From positions 36,570 through 100,569 of the IMG/VR virus record IMGVR_UViG_3300021378_000010: DNA of 64,000 nt. The stretch is one strand, 5' to 3'. Both the position numbers and the translations under genes were made by a program. Source of the DNA: a virus. Position 1 is the stretch's first letter. Every line of letters begins with the position of its first letter. Below, piece by piece: positions 1 through 9,915 of the stretch. Below the pieces are notes generated by a model. It searched no databases. It saw nothing but the letters and a program-made list of their open reading frames with translations, and had not been told where the DNA came from.

Positions 1-1717
1 CAAGCTGTGGTACAATTCTAGAATTATAACCGCCAGGGGCTGTATATGAAGCACGCTCCTGCGGTACTTCAAAATAATTTGTAAACCAATTTGCAGCTTC
101 AAGTGAAGAACTAAAACTCGTATTTTTAAATCTTGTGCCAGTGTTTTCTTGATTAAAAGTGTATTCAAGTTGACCATCAACATTTGTCTGCCAATTTGGC
201 ACAGCCTGAACAAATGGATCTAATCTTCCTGCACCTTTATTATATTGGAATAATCCAAAACTATCTCCGTTGTCACCAATAGCTCCAGGTCTGAATGAAG
301 ATTCTCTATTGATGTTAGCCATGGCACCTATGGCTTGCTCGTGAGTTAATCCTGCATCTCTAAGCTTATCGTAAACTTGCTGTCTAGATATTCTTGTTTG
401 ACCTAACGTAGTATCTAACTGATCTGGATTTTCGTCATTACTGTTGAGTTCATCATCTCTTGAAGTATATCCAGCACTACCTAACAATCTTGTGTTTCGA
501 TAACCAACAGTAGAAGTAGATTTTTCCGGTGGTTCTGGAAGATCCGTACCAGCAGCAGGAAGAGCACCTCCTGGTGCTCTGGAAAGTTGGTTGGCAAGAA
601 AAATGACATTGTCAATAGCAACAAGTGCTCCTCTGACGCTCGTCTGAAGACCACCGCCAAAACTTGCTTGAAAATTTGCTTTTAGATTTGCATTGAAAGA
701 TGCTTGCATGTTAACATTAAAGGCTTTGAGGTTAAAGTCTTCATCACAAGTAATGTACGTATTTCTAGCAGATTTTATGTTGACGTTTGAAGAATTGGCT
801 TCAATTCTAATTTGCGCGCCTCTTGCTTGAATTTCTTCACTTGCATTGAGATTTATTTGACCACCAACTGAAAGTAAATGATTGCCATGAACAATTTGAA
901 CTAGGTCACCTTTAATTTGTTCAATTTTATTGCCTTCAACGTAAACGTGAGAATCGCCCATAATTGTTACAGAGCTTCTTCCACCGATATAAACCATGTT
1001 GTTTTCATCATTCACTTCGTAGTGATCTGATTTTGATTTATCTACTCTCGTTCCATTCGAGTCTATTTGTATAAATGACCCACGATGCCAAGCCATAAAA
1101 CGTTCTGCGCCTTCTGTAGAATCTAATTCTACAACAGTTTTTCCGTCTGGTGATTCGTAAACAACATTATCTGGATATTTAGCAGCGTATGCAGTAGAAG
1201 GTTCTGACCAAGTCGTAAAATTGCTAGGAGAGCTTGGATTTTGCGCAACTTTTACATTTAAAGCACGATTGTTTTCTTGCTCAAGAGGGTAATTTTCTTC
1301 TATGTATTCACCTCTAGCAAGATCGTGGTTTTGCGGTTTTCCGAAGTCTTCTGGTAGTGAACCTTTTGATCTGGAATTAGCATTTTCTTCGGGAAAATTT
1401 CCCCAACCGCTTCTTTCAGGATCAAGTATTTCGCTCATGAAGGTTGGTATCGTTCCAAGTATAAGAGGCTGTTGCGCATCACGTCCGTCTAAAAATACTC
1501 CTAAAACCCAATGGTTTTGCTGTGGAAGTACGTTCATTTGATAATTGCCCGCCACGCAAATAGCCCAAGGAAGATCTTCTGTGGGTATCTGATCGATTGT
1601 GCCATGAACACCAAACGCCCTAACTCTTACTCGAGATTCGTGTCTTTTATCAACTCTTTCTTCTACAACGCCAATAAAGAAAAGAGGATTTCGTATTCCT
1701 ACTCCAGTTTCAAACAT
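1..1717 (-). CDS. gp5: Baseplate hub/spike protein gp5-like with C-terminal phage tail lysozyme domain (runs off window edge)
   Basis: Manual translation (not in ORF track): MFETGVGIRNPLFFIGVVEERVDKRHESRVRVRAFGVH...DLPWA is the gp5 OB-fold start; near the edge AIGAMANINRESSFRPGAIGDNGDSFGLFQY is tail-lysozyme-like; ATG overlaps the upstream TAA. Middle of the frame not fully checked. Confidence 0.85.
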   Translation of the reverse strand, partial: MFETGVGIRNPLFFIGVVEERVDKRHESRVRVRAFGVHGTIDQIPTEDLPWAICVAGNYQMNVLPQQNHWVLGVFLDGRDAQQPLILGTIPTFMSEILDPERSGWGNFPEENANSRSKGSLPEDFGKPQNHDLARGEYIEENYPLEQENNRALNVKVAQNPSSPSNFTTWSEPSTAYAAKYPDNVVYESPDGKTVVELDSTEGAERFMAWHRGSFIQIDSNGTRVDKSKSDHYEVNDENNMVYIGGRSSVTIMGDSHVYVEGNKIEQIKGDLVQIVHGNHLLSVGGQINLNASEEIQARGAQIRIEANSSNVNIKSARNTYITCDEDFNLKAFNVNMQASFNANLKANFQASFGGGLQTSVRGALVAIDNVIFLANQLSRAPGGALPAAGTDLPEPPEKSTSTVGYRNTRLLGSAGYTSRDDELNSNDENPDQLDTTLGQTRISRQQVYDKLRDAGLTHEQAIGAMANINRESSFRPGAIGDNGDSFGLFQYNKGAGRLDPFVQAVPNWQTNVDGQLEYTFNQENTGTRFKNTSFSSSLEAANWFTNYFEVPQERASYTAPGGYNSRIVPQL

Positions 1718-3087
1718 TAAGTGCTCCAATCATATTTTATTAGTCTCAAATTAGTTTTGAGCTCTTCTAGTTGAATACTGTGATTCGCAGTATGTACCAA
1801 ATAATTACCAGAAAGCTGTCTATTTTTACTTCTATTACTCTTAGAATTGAGTTCTTGTATTTCGAGGTTTACAACGCTTCCTGGTTTGATATCTAAACGA
1901 CCTCTTAATGAAACATTTATTGCCGTGCTATTTATATGATGATTATAAGATGTTCTCTGCTGAATTATGTTTCGAATAAACTGATCTGAGTTTAGCGCGC
2001 TAGGAATAGATCCCGCGCTCGAATAATCCTTAAAGACAATATATCGTTTTGCATTTTCTCTAGTAAAAGTATCACGTGTAAATTTTTCGGTATGAATATA
2101 TGATTCTGGAGTATGAGGCGCACCATTCATATCTAAAAAGTTCGCGTTGTCAAGATAGCTAAAATGTTGCGAATCTAATGAATTCACAGTTCTTCGAGTG
2201 AGATCAATTTCAATCACTCTGTTCATATATCCTCCAGAATACATGTCATCCGCAGTATCAACTCTGTTTGGATAATGTATTTTTTCAACACTCAAAATTT
2301 GTTGAGCAATGTCTCTTGGATCTTTACTTATTTGCGGCGCGTATACCAGTTTTAGAATTTCATTTTGTCTATTTGCATAGCTGATAAGATATTCATCTGA
2401 AACAAAATAAAAGTCGTCGAGAGTTTCGAAAAATCTGAAAGAACAAGAAGTAAATCCTTGACCACTAACATAAGCACGTGTTGAAAGAAAATACATCGCT
2501 TCTGTTGGGCTGTAATTTGGAATAATTCCATTGAGCTGTCCTTCAGTAGGCTGAACTATAAAACTTCTTTCAGTATTACCGATACCATATCTTTGACCAG
2601 CAAAAGGAAGCGATATTGCGTTGTTATCAGAAATGGGACTGAAGTATTTTTTGAAAATCTTTTTGACCATTCCACTTGCAGACGGATAAAAAGTTCCGTC
2701 TCGAATTGGTTCTACTATACGCCTTTTACTAGCTTCGAATGATATTCTTGAAACGAAATGAAGATAATATCCCAATCCATCATTTGCATCGTTTATAGTA
2801 ATATTATCAGCTTTGTACACTTGCAAATCTAGGGTTTTCTTTGTATCAGTATCGTTTGAACTCAATACAATAGTGAGTCTTTCTTCTCCTCGAATTGGAA
2901 AATCTTCTAACATTCCTACATTATCTGTAATTTTTATAGAACCATTATATGCAGCTGCTTCAATAGACTGAGAAAAGTTTATCTCAGTTACTAAAAGATC
3001 TATACGCTCACTTACTCTACCATCGTAACTAGTAAGAGTAACCTCATCAATACGCATTTTAGAAGGTGATGGAAGAGAATTACTCAT
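1717..3087 (-). CDS. Baseplate hub protein (gp27-like)
   Basis: 456 aa between gp53 and gp5; C-terminal GRLDIKPG...LSGNYLVHTANHSI typical of hub proteins. Confidence 0.65.
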   Translation of the reverse strand: MSNSLPSPSKMRIDEVTLTSYDGRVSERIDLLVTEINFSQSIEAAAYNGSIKITDNVGMLEDFPIRGEERLTIVLSSNDTDTKKTLDLQVYKADNITINDANDGLGYYLHFVSRISFEASKRRIVEPIRDGTFYPSASGMVKKIFKKYFSPISDNNAISLPFAGQRYGIGNTERSFIVQPTEGQLNGIIPNYSPTEAMYFLSTRAYVSGQGFTSCSFRFFETLDDFYFVSDEYLISYANRQNEILKLVYAPQISKDPRDIAQQILSVEKIHYPNRVDTADDMYSGGYMNRVIEIDLTRRTVNSLDSQHFSYLDNANFLDMNGAPHTPESYIHTEKFTRDTFTRENAKRYIVFKDYSSAGSIPSALNSDQFIRNIIQQRTSYNHHINSTAINVSLRGRLDIKPGSVVNLEIQELNSKSNRSKNRQLSGNYLVHTANHSIQLEELKTNLRLIKYDWST

Positions 3088-3337
3088 TTCTAATTGATTC
3101 TATAAATTCTTTTTCAATTTGAGGAAGAAACGCGCGATCTACTAAGAAAATTTCGCGTTTATTATCATTAAGCGATTTTTCATAATCATACACCCTATAA
3201 GGCTTCCATTCTTCAGGAATAATTCGTTTAATTACTATTCTTCTGCCAGCTTCAGTTCTTAGAATTACACGATCTTCTTTACGAAGAAAAATTGTTCTAA
3301 AACTGTTAGGAGAAATTTTTACTATATCTACTGCCAT
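3080..3337 (-). CDS. gp53 baseplate wedge, C-terminal part
   Basis: Ends YDYEKSLNDNKREIFLVDRAFLPQIEKEF, resembling the gp53 C-terminus; in frame with upstream ORF. Confidence 0.6.
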   Translation of the reverse strand: MAVDIVKISPNSFRTIFLRKEDRVILRTEAGRRIVIKRIIPEEWKPYRVYDYEKSLNDNKREIFLVDRAFLPQIEKEFIESIRNE

Positions 3338-3715
3338 TTATACCTCTTTGTAGTAATATACTATGTTGTTTTCAGTATTTTCATCTCGTGTCCAGTCTAC
3401 AACTTCGTATCCGGTTTTTAGAGATTCAGTCTCATATTTGTTTATGAGATACTTGTGAAAGTCTTCTTCAGATAAAGACCATTGATGATATGGATCTACG
3501 ATGTTATTTGAAAGATAAACCAACCAAGTGTAATCCGTAGATCCATAGTAATGATAAGCAATATCTTCCGCCCTTTCACCTTCTTTTACCGTGTATGGAA
3601 GAAAGAGTAATGGATTGGTAGTAGTGCTTTTCAGAAACTTATTTCTTCTCGTGATGTCTTTTACACTTCTACCCTGATAGTTTATAGTCGGAAAATTTTC
3701 AAAATATTTGGCCAT
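3338..3715 (-). CDS. gp53: gp53 baseplate wedge, N-terminal LysM-like part
   Basis: MAKYFENFPTINY...YTVKEGERAEDIAYHYYGSTDYTWLVYLSNNIVDPYHQW. Confidence 0.85.
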   Translation of the reverse strand: MAKYFENFPTINYQGRSVKDITRRNKFLKSTTTNPLLFLPYTVKEGERAEDIAYHYYGSTDYTWLVYLSNNIVDPYHQWSLSEEDFHKYLINKYETESLKTGYEVVDWTRDENTENNIVYYYKEV

Positions 3716-3717
3716 TA

Positions 3718-4830
3718 TTATCCTCCTGCTGGTGGCAAGGTTGTAGTAGTTATTGAAGGCGGTATAAGATCACCGGGTTTAGCAATGTCATTAGTAAGAT
3801 CACCAACTGTTAGTGGCGCTACGCTGCTCGAGCCGCCATAATCTTCAGCCGTGTGAATATCAAGTTCAAGTAGTTCGATATTTAAAGATACATTACTCGG
3901 TTTACCACCTTTGAGAATAGAAACGATACCGCCAGAGCCGTATTCCACGTTTACCGATCGAATCATTGAAGACTTAAACTTCACGAAGTAATCTGGATTT
4001 ACGCCAAGTAGATAAATGTCGACTATCGAAGGATATTTGAGATAAGCTTTGAAGTTAAAATTATCGGTTCCTAAAGTTTGATATGTTGGCAGTGAATTTT
4101 GCTTAAGCTTGTAAATTAATGCTTTCAATTTTTCCGAATCGTTTGCATTTTTTGGTGCCAGAGTCCAATTAAAACTGTGCTGTTTTAGTTCTACACCTTC
4201 AAAAGCAAGTGATGCTTTGGGGTTTACCGTAGAACCAGCTGCGCGGTCTGTAACTTGAGATATTCCAGCCGGTATTACAGAACGAAGTAAGTACATGATA
4301 TCGCGGCTTGCGCTTCCTACAGACTGATCTAGTATGTCACCTACAGCAGTACCTAAAGCTCCCATACCAGATGAATATATGTTTCCCATATTAGCATTAG
4401 CTGCATCTCTTCCTAATCCTTGAATGGCTGAAGGCATGCCTCGAAGTGTTAAATCTGATGACGAAAGACCTGATGCAGCACCGGCAATTGCTCCACCGAT
4501 TGCAGACTCTAAAGCACTTTGAGTAATTCCTTCAACACGAAGAATATCGTTATCTCTTAGATTTGCCGGTATCGGAAGTTCAATACCACTATAATTTGAA
4601 AGAAACGCTCCACCTCTACTTGCTATTCTTTGACTTCTTATGGTAGAACCGGTGCCAAGAGAAAGTAATCCTTGTTCTCCAGCTCGAGCATATTGGTATT
4701 GATATTCCTTGAATACCATAAGCATCGTATGCGGTCCTAGATTAGAAGGAAAACTAATTAGCTGAGAAGAGTTTTGATTTTTTCTTCTTTCACTAGAAAG
4801 TACAACTCCTGGTTTAGATGTCATCGGCAT
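3718..4830 (-). CDS. gp48: Baseplate tail-tube cap gp48-like
   Basis: NPKASLAFEGVELKQHSFNWTLAPKN...YPS...VNVEY...LELDI pattern; synteny. Confidence 0.75.
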   Translation of the reverse strand: MPMTSKPGVVLSSERRKNQNSSQLISFPSNLGPHTMLMVFKEYQYQYARAGEQGLLSLGTGSTIRSQRIASRGGAFLSNYSGIELPIPANLRDNDILRVEGITQSALESAIGGAIAGAASGLSSSDLTLRGMPSAIQGLGRDAANANMGNIYSSGMGALGTAVGDILDQSVGSASRDIMYLLRSVIPAGISQVTDRAAGSTVNPKASLAFEGVELKQHSFNWTLAPKNANDSEKLKALIYKLKQNSLPTYQTLGTDNFNFKAYLKYPSIVDIYLLGVNPDYFVKFKSSMIRSVNVEYGSGGIVSILKGGKPSNVSLNIELLELDIHTAEDYGGSSSVAPLTVGDLTNDIAKPGDLIPPSITTTTLPPAGG

Positions 4831-4844
4831 TTTGTTTCTTTCTG

Positions 4845-4870
4845 TATAAATAGTCTCATATTTATTTATA
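4845..4870. promoter_or_regulatory. Pair of T4-type late promoters (TATAAATA on + at 4845-4852, on - at 4863-4870) serving the divergent gp4 and gp48 operons
   Basis: Exact TATAAATA on both strands in the gp48/gp4 intergenic; gp55 is encoded in the window. Confidence 0.8.
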
Positions 4871-4876
4871 TCATAA

Positions 4877-5353
4877 GTGAGAAGTTACTTGGCTAAAACC
4901 TATAAAGGAAGATTCAGACCGAATAATCCTGAGAAATATAAGGGTGATCCTACAAAGATTATCTACCGAAGTTCGTGGGAATTCAAGTTTTTTCGTTATG
5001 TGGATCAACATCCAGATGTGATGTGGTGGGCATCTGAAGAATATGTAATTCCTTATATGTCTCCAATAGATGGAAAAATGCACCGTTACTTTCCTGATGT
5101 AGTGATGAGAAAGAAAACTCCTGAAGGAAAATACGAAACGATAATGATAGAAATTAAACCGAATAGTCAGACAAAACCGCCTGATATATCAAAGAAAAAC
5201 GCAACAAAGAGTGGCAGAGTGTCAAGAAAGTACATAAACGAAGTAAAGACATATGGTACAAATGAAGCAAAATGGAAAGCAGCTGAACGCTATTGCGCAG
5301 AACGTGGCTGGACGTTTATGATAATGACCGAACATCATTTAGGAATCAAATAA
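4877..5353 (+). CDS. gp4: Head completion nuclease gp4 (TnsA-like)
   Basis: YKGRFRPNNPEKYKGDPTKIIYRSSWE...HRYFPD...IEIKP...NEAKWKAA. Confidence 0.9.
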   Translation: MRSYLAKTYKGRFRPNNPEKYKGDPTKIIYRSSWEFKFFRYVDQHPDVMWWASEEYVIPYMSPIDGKMHRYFPDVVMRKKTPEGKYETIMIEIKPNSQTKPPDISKKNATKSGRVSRKYINEVKTYGTNEAKWKAAERYCAERGWTFMIMTEHHLGIK

Positions 5354-5961
5354 TGGCTGCAAAGATATTTGATGACATTTTGCTAAAGGGTATCAGATCT
5401 GGCCAAGTGCCAGCTCGTACACAAGCTGCGCGCGATTGGTATCGCGATCAAGCAAAGCTAGTAAGAAAATCAGAAGTAAAAGAAACACAACTAATTAGAG
5501 AAATGGGAAGTGATCGTTACGAAACTAGATTTAGACTCGGCCATATGTACATGTTTGGATATGATCCAAAACACAAAAGCACGCTTCCTTATTACGATAG
5601 ATTTCCACTAATATTTCCTATCAATAAAGCAAAAGGCGGATTTCTTGGTCTTAACTTTCATTATCTGCCGTTACAACTTAGGGCAAAGTTATTAGATTCA
5701 CTTTATGATGTCACATCAAATGATAAGTATGATGAAAATACCAAGTTACGATTATCTTATAGTATTTTGAGTAGCACAACCAAGTATAAAGAGTTCAAGC
5801 CAACCATCAAACATTATCTTGCAAACCACGTCAGAACAAAACTCGTATATGTACATCCTACAGAGTGGGACGTTGCTATTTTTCTACCGACAGCTCAGTT
5901 CCAAGGTGCAAGTCAAGCAAAAGTTTGGGCAGACTCCAAAAAAATTATAAGAGGAAAATAA
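5353..5961 (+). CDS. gp2: DNA end protector gp2
   Basis: YDPKHKSTLPYYDRFPLIF...GLNFHYLP...HYL; ATG at 5353 overlaps gp4 stop. Confidence 0.9.
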   Translation: MAAKIFDDILLKGIRSGQVPARTQAARDWYRDQAKLVRKSEVKETQLIREMGSDRYETRFRLGHMYMFGYDPKHKSTLPYYDRFPLIFPINKAKGGFLGLNFHYLPLQLRAKLLDSLYDVTSNDKYDENTKLRLSYSILSSTTKYKEFKPTIKHYLANHVRTKLVYVHPTEWDVAIFLPTAQFQGASQAKVWADSKKIIRGK

Positions 5962-6723
5962 ATGCCTTTCAGTATTAATGAGTTCAAATCTAGAATAGAT
6001 CGCTTTGGCGGTCCTGCCAGAACTTCCTTATTCACAGTCGAGCTTATAAGCAGAAAGGGAAATCCTTATGTAAGAGATGATGAAATTCTTTTCTTTTGCA
6101 AAAACGTAACACTTCCCGGAATTAATATTGAAACTTTTTCACACAAACAAAATACTATGGACATTCCGCACGCGATGCCAGTTTCGATAAACTCAGAACC
6201 TCTTACGTGTGTTTTTATGCTCGATTCAGAACACCGCGTACTTAGTTTCTTTCATAGTTGGATGCAAAAAATCGTAAACTATAGTACTCAAGGAGGACTA
6301 TTTGCGTCGATTGATGATCAGCTTCCGTATGAACTTGGATACAAGGACGAATACTCTTGTCGTATGGTAATCAAATATTACACAACTAGTTCAAGTGAAA
6401 ACTCAGTAAGATATTATGAAGTAGTACTTGACGGCGTATATCCTACAACCGTACAAAGCTTAGATCTTGGATGGGAAAACAATGATAGCGTTGCGATGCT
6501 GCCTGTCGCGTTTTCTTATGATCGCATTCAATACTCTTCTGAAATACGAGGCATACCTTCAGAAAGAAATACTCGTGGTAATGGTCTAATAAAACTTCTT
6601 GCGAGTATCGGAGAAGTAGGACAACTTATAAACCAACAGTTAGTACCACAAAATATACAAGATGCAGTGAACAAATATACTCGTGTAAAAAACACATTCA
6701 ATCAATTGAGAAACTTATTTTAA
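5962..6723 (+). CDS. Tail tube initiator / tube-like protein (gp54/gp19 family)
   Basis: FCKNVTLPG...FFHSWMQ...GVYPTTV...PVAFSY; synteny. Confidence 0.7.
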   Translation: MPFSINEFKSRIDRFGGPARTSLFTVELISRKGNPYVRDDEILFFCKNVTLPGINIETFSHKQNTMDIPHAMPVSINSEPLTCVFMLDSEHRVLSFFHSWMQKIVNYSTQGGLFASIDDQLPYELGYKDEYSCRMVIKYYTTSSSENSVRYYEVVLDGVYPTTVQSLDLGWENNDSVAMLPVAFSYDRIQYSSEIRGIPSERNTRGNGLIKLLASIGEVGQLINQQLVPQNIQDAVNKYTRVKNTFNQLRNLF

Positions 6724-6738
6724 TGGAGAAATTATAAA

Positions 6739-7446
6739 ATGGCAAAGAAACTTCCAAAAATTGATTTACCACTTTTTGAACTAGTGCTTCCATCAACAGG
6801 AAAAAAAATCAAGTATCGCCCCTTTACAGTAAAGGAAGAAAAGATTCTTCTAGTAGCTCAGGAGTCAAATGAACCTGAACAAACCATACTTTCTATAAAG
6901 CAGGTAATTAACAACTGTCTTATCGATATTGACGTTGAAAAGCTTGCGATGTTTGACCTCGAGTATGTAATTCTAGTACTTCGTTCTAAGTCTGTTGATA
7001 ATAATATCAAGTTTGCTATTAAGGATCCAGATACGAATGAAAGTGTAGAACTTGAAATTGATCTCAATGATGTTAAAGTTACAAAGGATGAAGAGCACAG
7101 CAATAAAGTAAAAATCAATGAAGATTACACGCTGTTTCTACGTTATCCAACAATTCAAGAATTTATCAAAATTGCTGGCGCTGATCCTAAAGACTCACTT
7201 ACGAGTTACTTCATCATGATTTCTTGCCTTGACAAGATTGCTTCTGAAAGTGAAGTATATAAGTTTTCAGATTACACTGATGAAGAGATTGATGATTTTA
7301 TGGAAAACTTACAAGGTGATATAATTAAAAAGATCCAAAAGTTTTTTGAAACTATGCCAAAGCTTCGACACGAAATGAAATACAAAAATAGCGAAGGTAA
7401 GGAACAAACCTTTGTGATTGAGGGAATGCGCAGTTTTTTTATCTAG
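6739..7446 (+). CDS. Baseplate hub assembly protein (gp26/gp51 family)
   Basis: LPSTGKKIKYRPFTVKEEKILL...FDLEYVILVLRSKSV...FFETMPKL. Confidence 0.85.
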   Translation: MAKKLPKIDLPLFELVLPSTGKKIKYRPFTVKEEKILLVAQESNEPEQTILSIKQVINNCLIDIDVEKLAMFDLEYVILVLRSKSVDNNIKFAIKDPDTNESVELEIDLNDVKVTKDEEHSNKVKINEDYTLFLRYPTIQEFIKIAGADPKDSLTSYFIMISCLDKIASESEVYKFSDYTDEEIDDFMENLQGDIIKKIQKFFETMPKLRHEMKYKNSEGKEQTFVIEGMRSFFI

Positions 7447-7616
7447 CGCTGTGCCATATCAGCCTGGGTGAATATTATAGAATGATATTTGCTTTGGCGC
7501 AGCACCATAAATACTCTATATCAGATATTGAAAATTTGATACCATACGAGCGAGATCTTTACTTTAGCATGTTAATCGAATTTATCAAAGAGCAAAAAGA
7601 AAAGAACGGAAAGTAA
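7434..7616 (+). CDS. Small ORF in the -1 frame of the preceding gene (YLALCHISLGEYYRMIFALAQHHKYSISDIENLIPYERDLYFSMLIEFIKEQKEKNGK)
   Basis: Manual translation; QHHKYS..ENLIPYER motif recalled from small T4-like ORFs at this position; T7 run at 7434-7440. Confidence 0.7.
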   Translation, partial: FFYLALCHISLGEYYRMIFALAQHHKYSISDIENLIPYERDLYFSMLIEFIKEQKEKNGK

Positions 7617-7617
7617 T

Positions 7618-9264
7618 ATGACTGAAGAAATTGTAGAACGACTCAAAACTGAAGGCCAATTAATACGAAACACTGGCACAAATTCAATAAGAGCTGTTCG
7701 TATTCAGATGGATCGTTTCGAATCAATTTTTGAAACAATTTCTGAACAGGTTACTATGCAAACGCGGTTACTTGCAACCATGGCTGAAACTTCGATGGAT
7801 AAGCTTAAAATTGATGAAGAAACTAGTGAACGTGAAAAAGCTCGGCAACAAAGAGAAGATCTTGCAGCAGATCAAGAAGAAAGTAAAAAAGAATCTACAA
7901 AAGAAGATTCAGAAAAATCAAAAAAAGAAGGACCTGGATTTTTTTCTATGCTTGGCGGTATGGGAATAAGTAATCTTCTTATTGGTGGTGCTTTACTCGG
8001 TGCAGGTATGTTTGCAGCATATAATTTTGCAAAGGGATTTATTGATGAAAAATATGATAATGCATGGTCAAACTTTGAACAAGGATTGGTCGATTTCATT
8101 AAGAGTATTGATCTTGAGGCCCTAAAAGATGCATTTAATAATATCATAGTTGGCCTAGTTGGATTAAGCACTGCGATTGGCGCGCTAAGATTAACTTTAC
8201 TTGGTTTACAAATCTCAAATATGCTAAAAGGAGGTCCTAGAGTGTCTCCAGGTAGTGGTGCTGGTTTTGGAACTTTTTTAAGAGGAGCTGGGAGAGTACT
8301 TAGAAAAGCAATTCCTGGCCTAGGATTTGTTATACCTACTGAAATGGGTGATAGTTCATTGACCGGTCCTGCACAAGAAAGATTAGCAGCTCAAGGGATA
8401 ACGCCTCCGGCAGAATCATTAAGAAATATTGCTCCAGATTTGTACGATCAAATGCATAGAAATTACCAAGAACAACTAGAAGCAGAAATGGCTAGGTTTA
8501 CAGAAGAAGCAAGTAAAATAGCTGCAGAAGAAATAGCTGCTGCAGACGCAGCTAGAACACCAGAAGAAGAAGCTAGACTTGAAGTTTTAAGAGAACAAAA
8601 TATTGAACAAGATAGAATTACTGCAGAAATAAGAAGAAACGCAGATTTATTAGAGTCAGCAAATGACAGTATAGAAAATTTAGGTTTTACTGTCGGCGGC
8701 ATACAATTTAGAGGAACTGACTTAAGCGATATGCGCGCGTCGTTAGGCGATGCTGTTGCTGATGCGTTTACAGAAACAATGAGTTATAAAGCAAATCCAT
8801 ACAATATAGAAACTGCTTTAGAAGTGCTTAGAAACAGAGTTTTAGGTGGAAATGAATTAACTCCAGAAGAAACGCGATTTATGGAAGCGTTAAGAGAAGC
8901 TACGGGTAATAGAGGGTATAGAAGAGGTACAAACGGTTTCCAAGACTTTGGTCCTGCATCATTTGCAATTCTTCATGGTAAAGAAGCAGTAGTACCAAAA
9001 GAAACTCCTGCTGGTCGGTTTCTTGAACAGTTTTTCAATGAAGATTGGAGTCCAAAAATGTCAGGAGCTTCAAGTGTATCAGAACAAGTTTCTACAGTTG
9101 CATCAGGTGGCGTCAATGTGATGACAGTAAATAGTAATCCAATATATGCACCAGTTGTCAATAATGTTCAGGGTGGTCCAAACGTAAATGCTCCTACCAT
9201 TATCGGTAGTGGTGGTGGCGATCGTTCGAGAGGTACATATGGTATATCAAACGCTGGAAACTAA
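7618..9264 (+). CDS. Tape-measure / gp29-like protein
   Basis: 548 aa helical protein with hydrophobic segments; LHGKEAVVP motif; follows hub/chaperone genes. Confidence 0.6.
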   Translation: MTEEIVERLKTEGQLIRNTGTNSIRAVRIQMDRFESIFETISEQVTMQTRLLATMAETSMDKLKIDEETSEREKARQQREDLAADQEESKKESTKEDSEKSKKEGPGFFSMLGGMGISNLLIGGALLGAGMFAAYNFAKGFIDEKYDNAWSNFEQGLVDFIKSIDLEALKDAFNNIIVGLVGLSTAIGALRLTLLGLQISNMLKGGPRVSPGSGAGFGTFLRGAGRVLRKAIPGLGFVIPTEMGDSSLTGPAQERLAAQGITPPAESLRNIAPDLYDQMHRNYQEQLEAEMARFTEEASKIAAEEIAAADAARTPEEEARLEVLREQNIEQDRITAEIRRNADLLESANDSIENLGFTVGGIQFRGTDLSDMRASLGDAVADAFTETMSYKANPYNIETALEVLRNRVLGGNELTPEETRFMEALREATGNRGYRRGTNGFQDFGPASFAILHGKEAVVPKETPAGRFLEQFFNEDWSPKMSGASSVSEQVSTVASGGVNVMTVNSNPIYAPVVNNVQGGPNVNAPTIIGSGGGDRSRGTYGISNAGN

Positions 9265-9267
9265 AAG

Positions 9268-9341
9268 AGTCAACTAGTTGTCCACCAGTTGACTCCTATT
9301 ATTTAATAGGGTTACCTACCTCAAACGTGAGATGGTAACCT
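9268..9341. terminator. Hairpins between convergent genes
   Basis: GAGTCAACT-N11-AGTTGACTC and GGTTACC...GGTAACC. Confidence 0.5.
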
Positions 9342-9346
9342 CTTGA

Positions 9347-9805
9347 TCAACTGGTTGACTCTACAAGAAACTCTGGATCTAACTGTCGACCAATCAAGAT
9401 TTTTTTAGGTTTTTTATCTTCTGGAATCAAGTTCTTCAAACGAACGTTGAGCATACCTTGGTGAAGAGAAACGCCTTCTACTTGTACGGTATCTGCGAGA
9501 GTAAATTTACGAACAAAATTTCTTGTTGCAATTCCTTTATAAAGATAATCCGCAGAGTCTTCATTTTTGACTTCAGCTTTGATTGTAAGTACTCCATCGT
9601 GCAATTCAATATCAAAATCTTCCTCATCAAAACCAGCAACTGCTAGTTCAATAAGATATGAGTCTTCACTCAATTTGATAAGATTGTATGGAGGGTAGCT
9701 TGGTACAGGCGCGGCGCCTTGATCGCGCAGTTTGTTGATCAAACTATCAAATCCGATAAAAAACGGATCATTGAGCAAATCTGCGTTATATCTACGAGTA
9801 TTCAT
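9347..9805 (-). CDS. hsp20: Small heat shock protein Hsp20/IbpA-like
   Basis: SYPPYNL...ELAVAGF...YKGIATRNFVRKFTLAD; SD AAGGAG before ATG at 9805. Confidence 0.95.
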   Translation of the reverse strand: MNTRRYNADLLNDPFFIGFDSLINKLRDQGAAPVPSYPPYNLIKLSEDSYLIELAVAGFDEEDFDIELHDGVLTIKAEVKNEDSADYLYKGIATRNFVRKFTLADTVQVEGVSLHQGMLNVRLKNLIPEDKKPKKILIGRQLDPEFLVESTS

Positions 9806-9895
9806 GTCTTTCTCCTTTATAAGCGAGTAAATGTTTGCCGTCTCTTGACCGGCTAGTAAAAAGTGGGACCCTTTCGGCATCCCACTTTATTTATA
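9806..9895 (-). promoter_or_regulatory. Late promoter plus ROSE-like RNA thermometer in hsp20 5' UTR
   Basis: TATAAATA (9888-9895), two hairpins, then CUC-G-CUU-AUA-AAG-GAG sequestering the SD with a bulged G. Confidence 0.65.
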
Positions 9896-9915
9896 TAATA
9901 CTTTTTGAGTAAATG

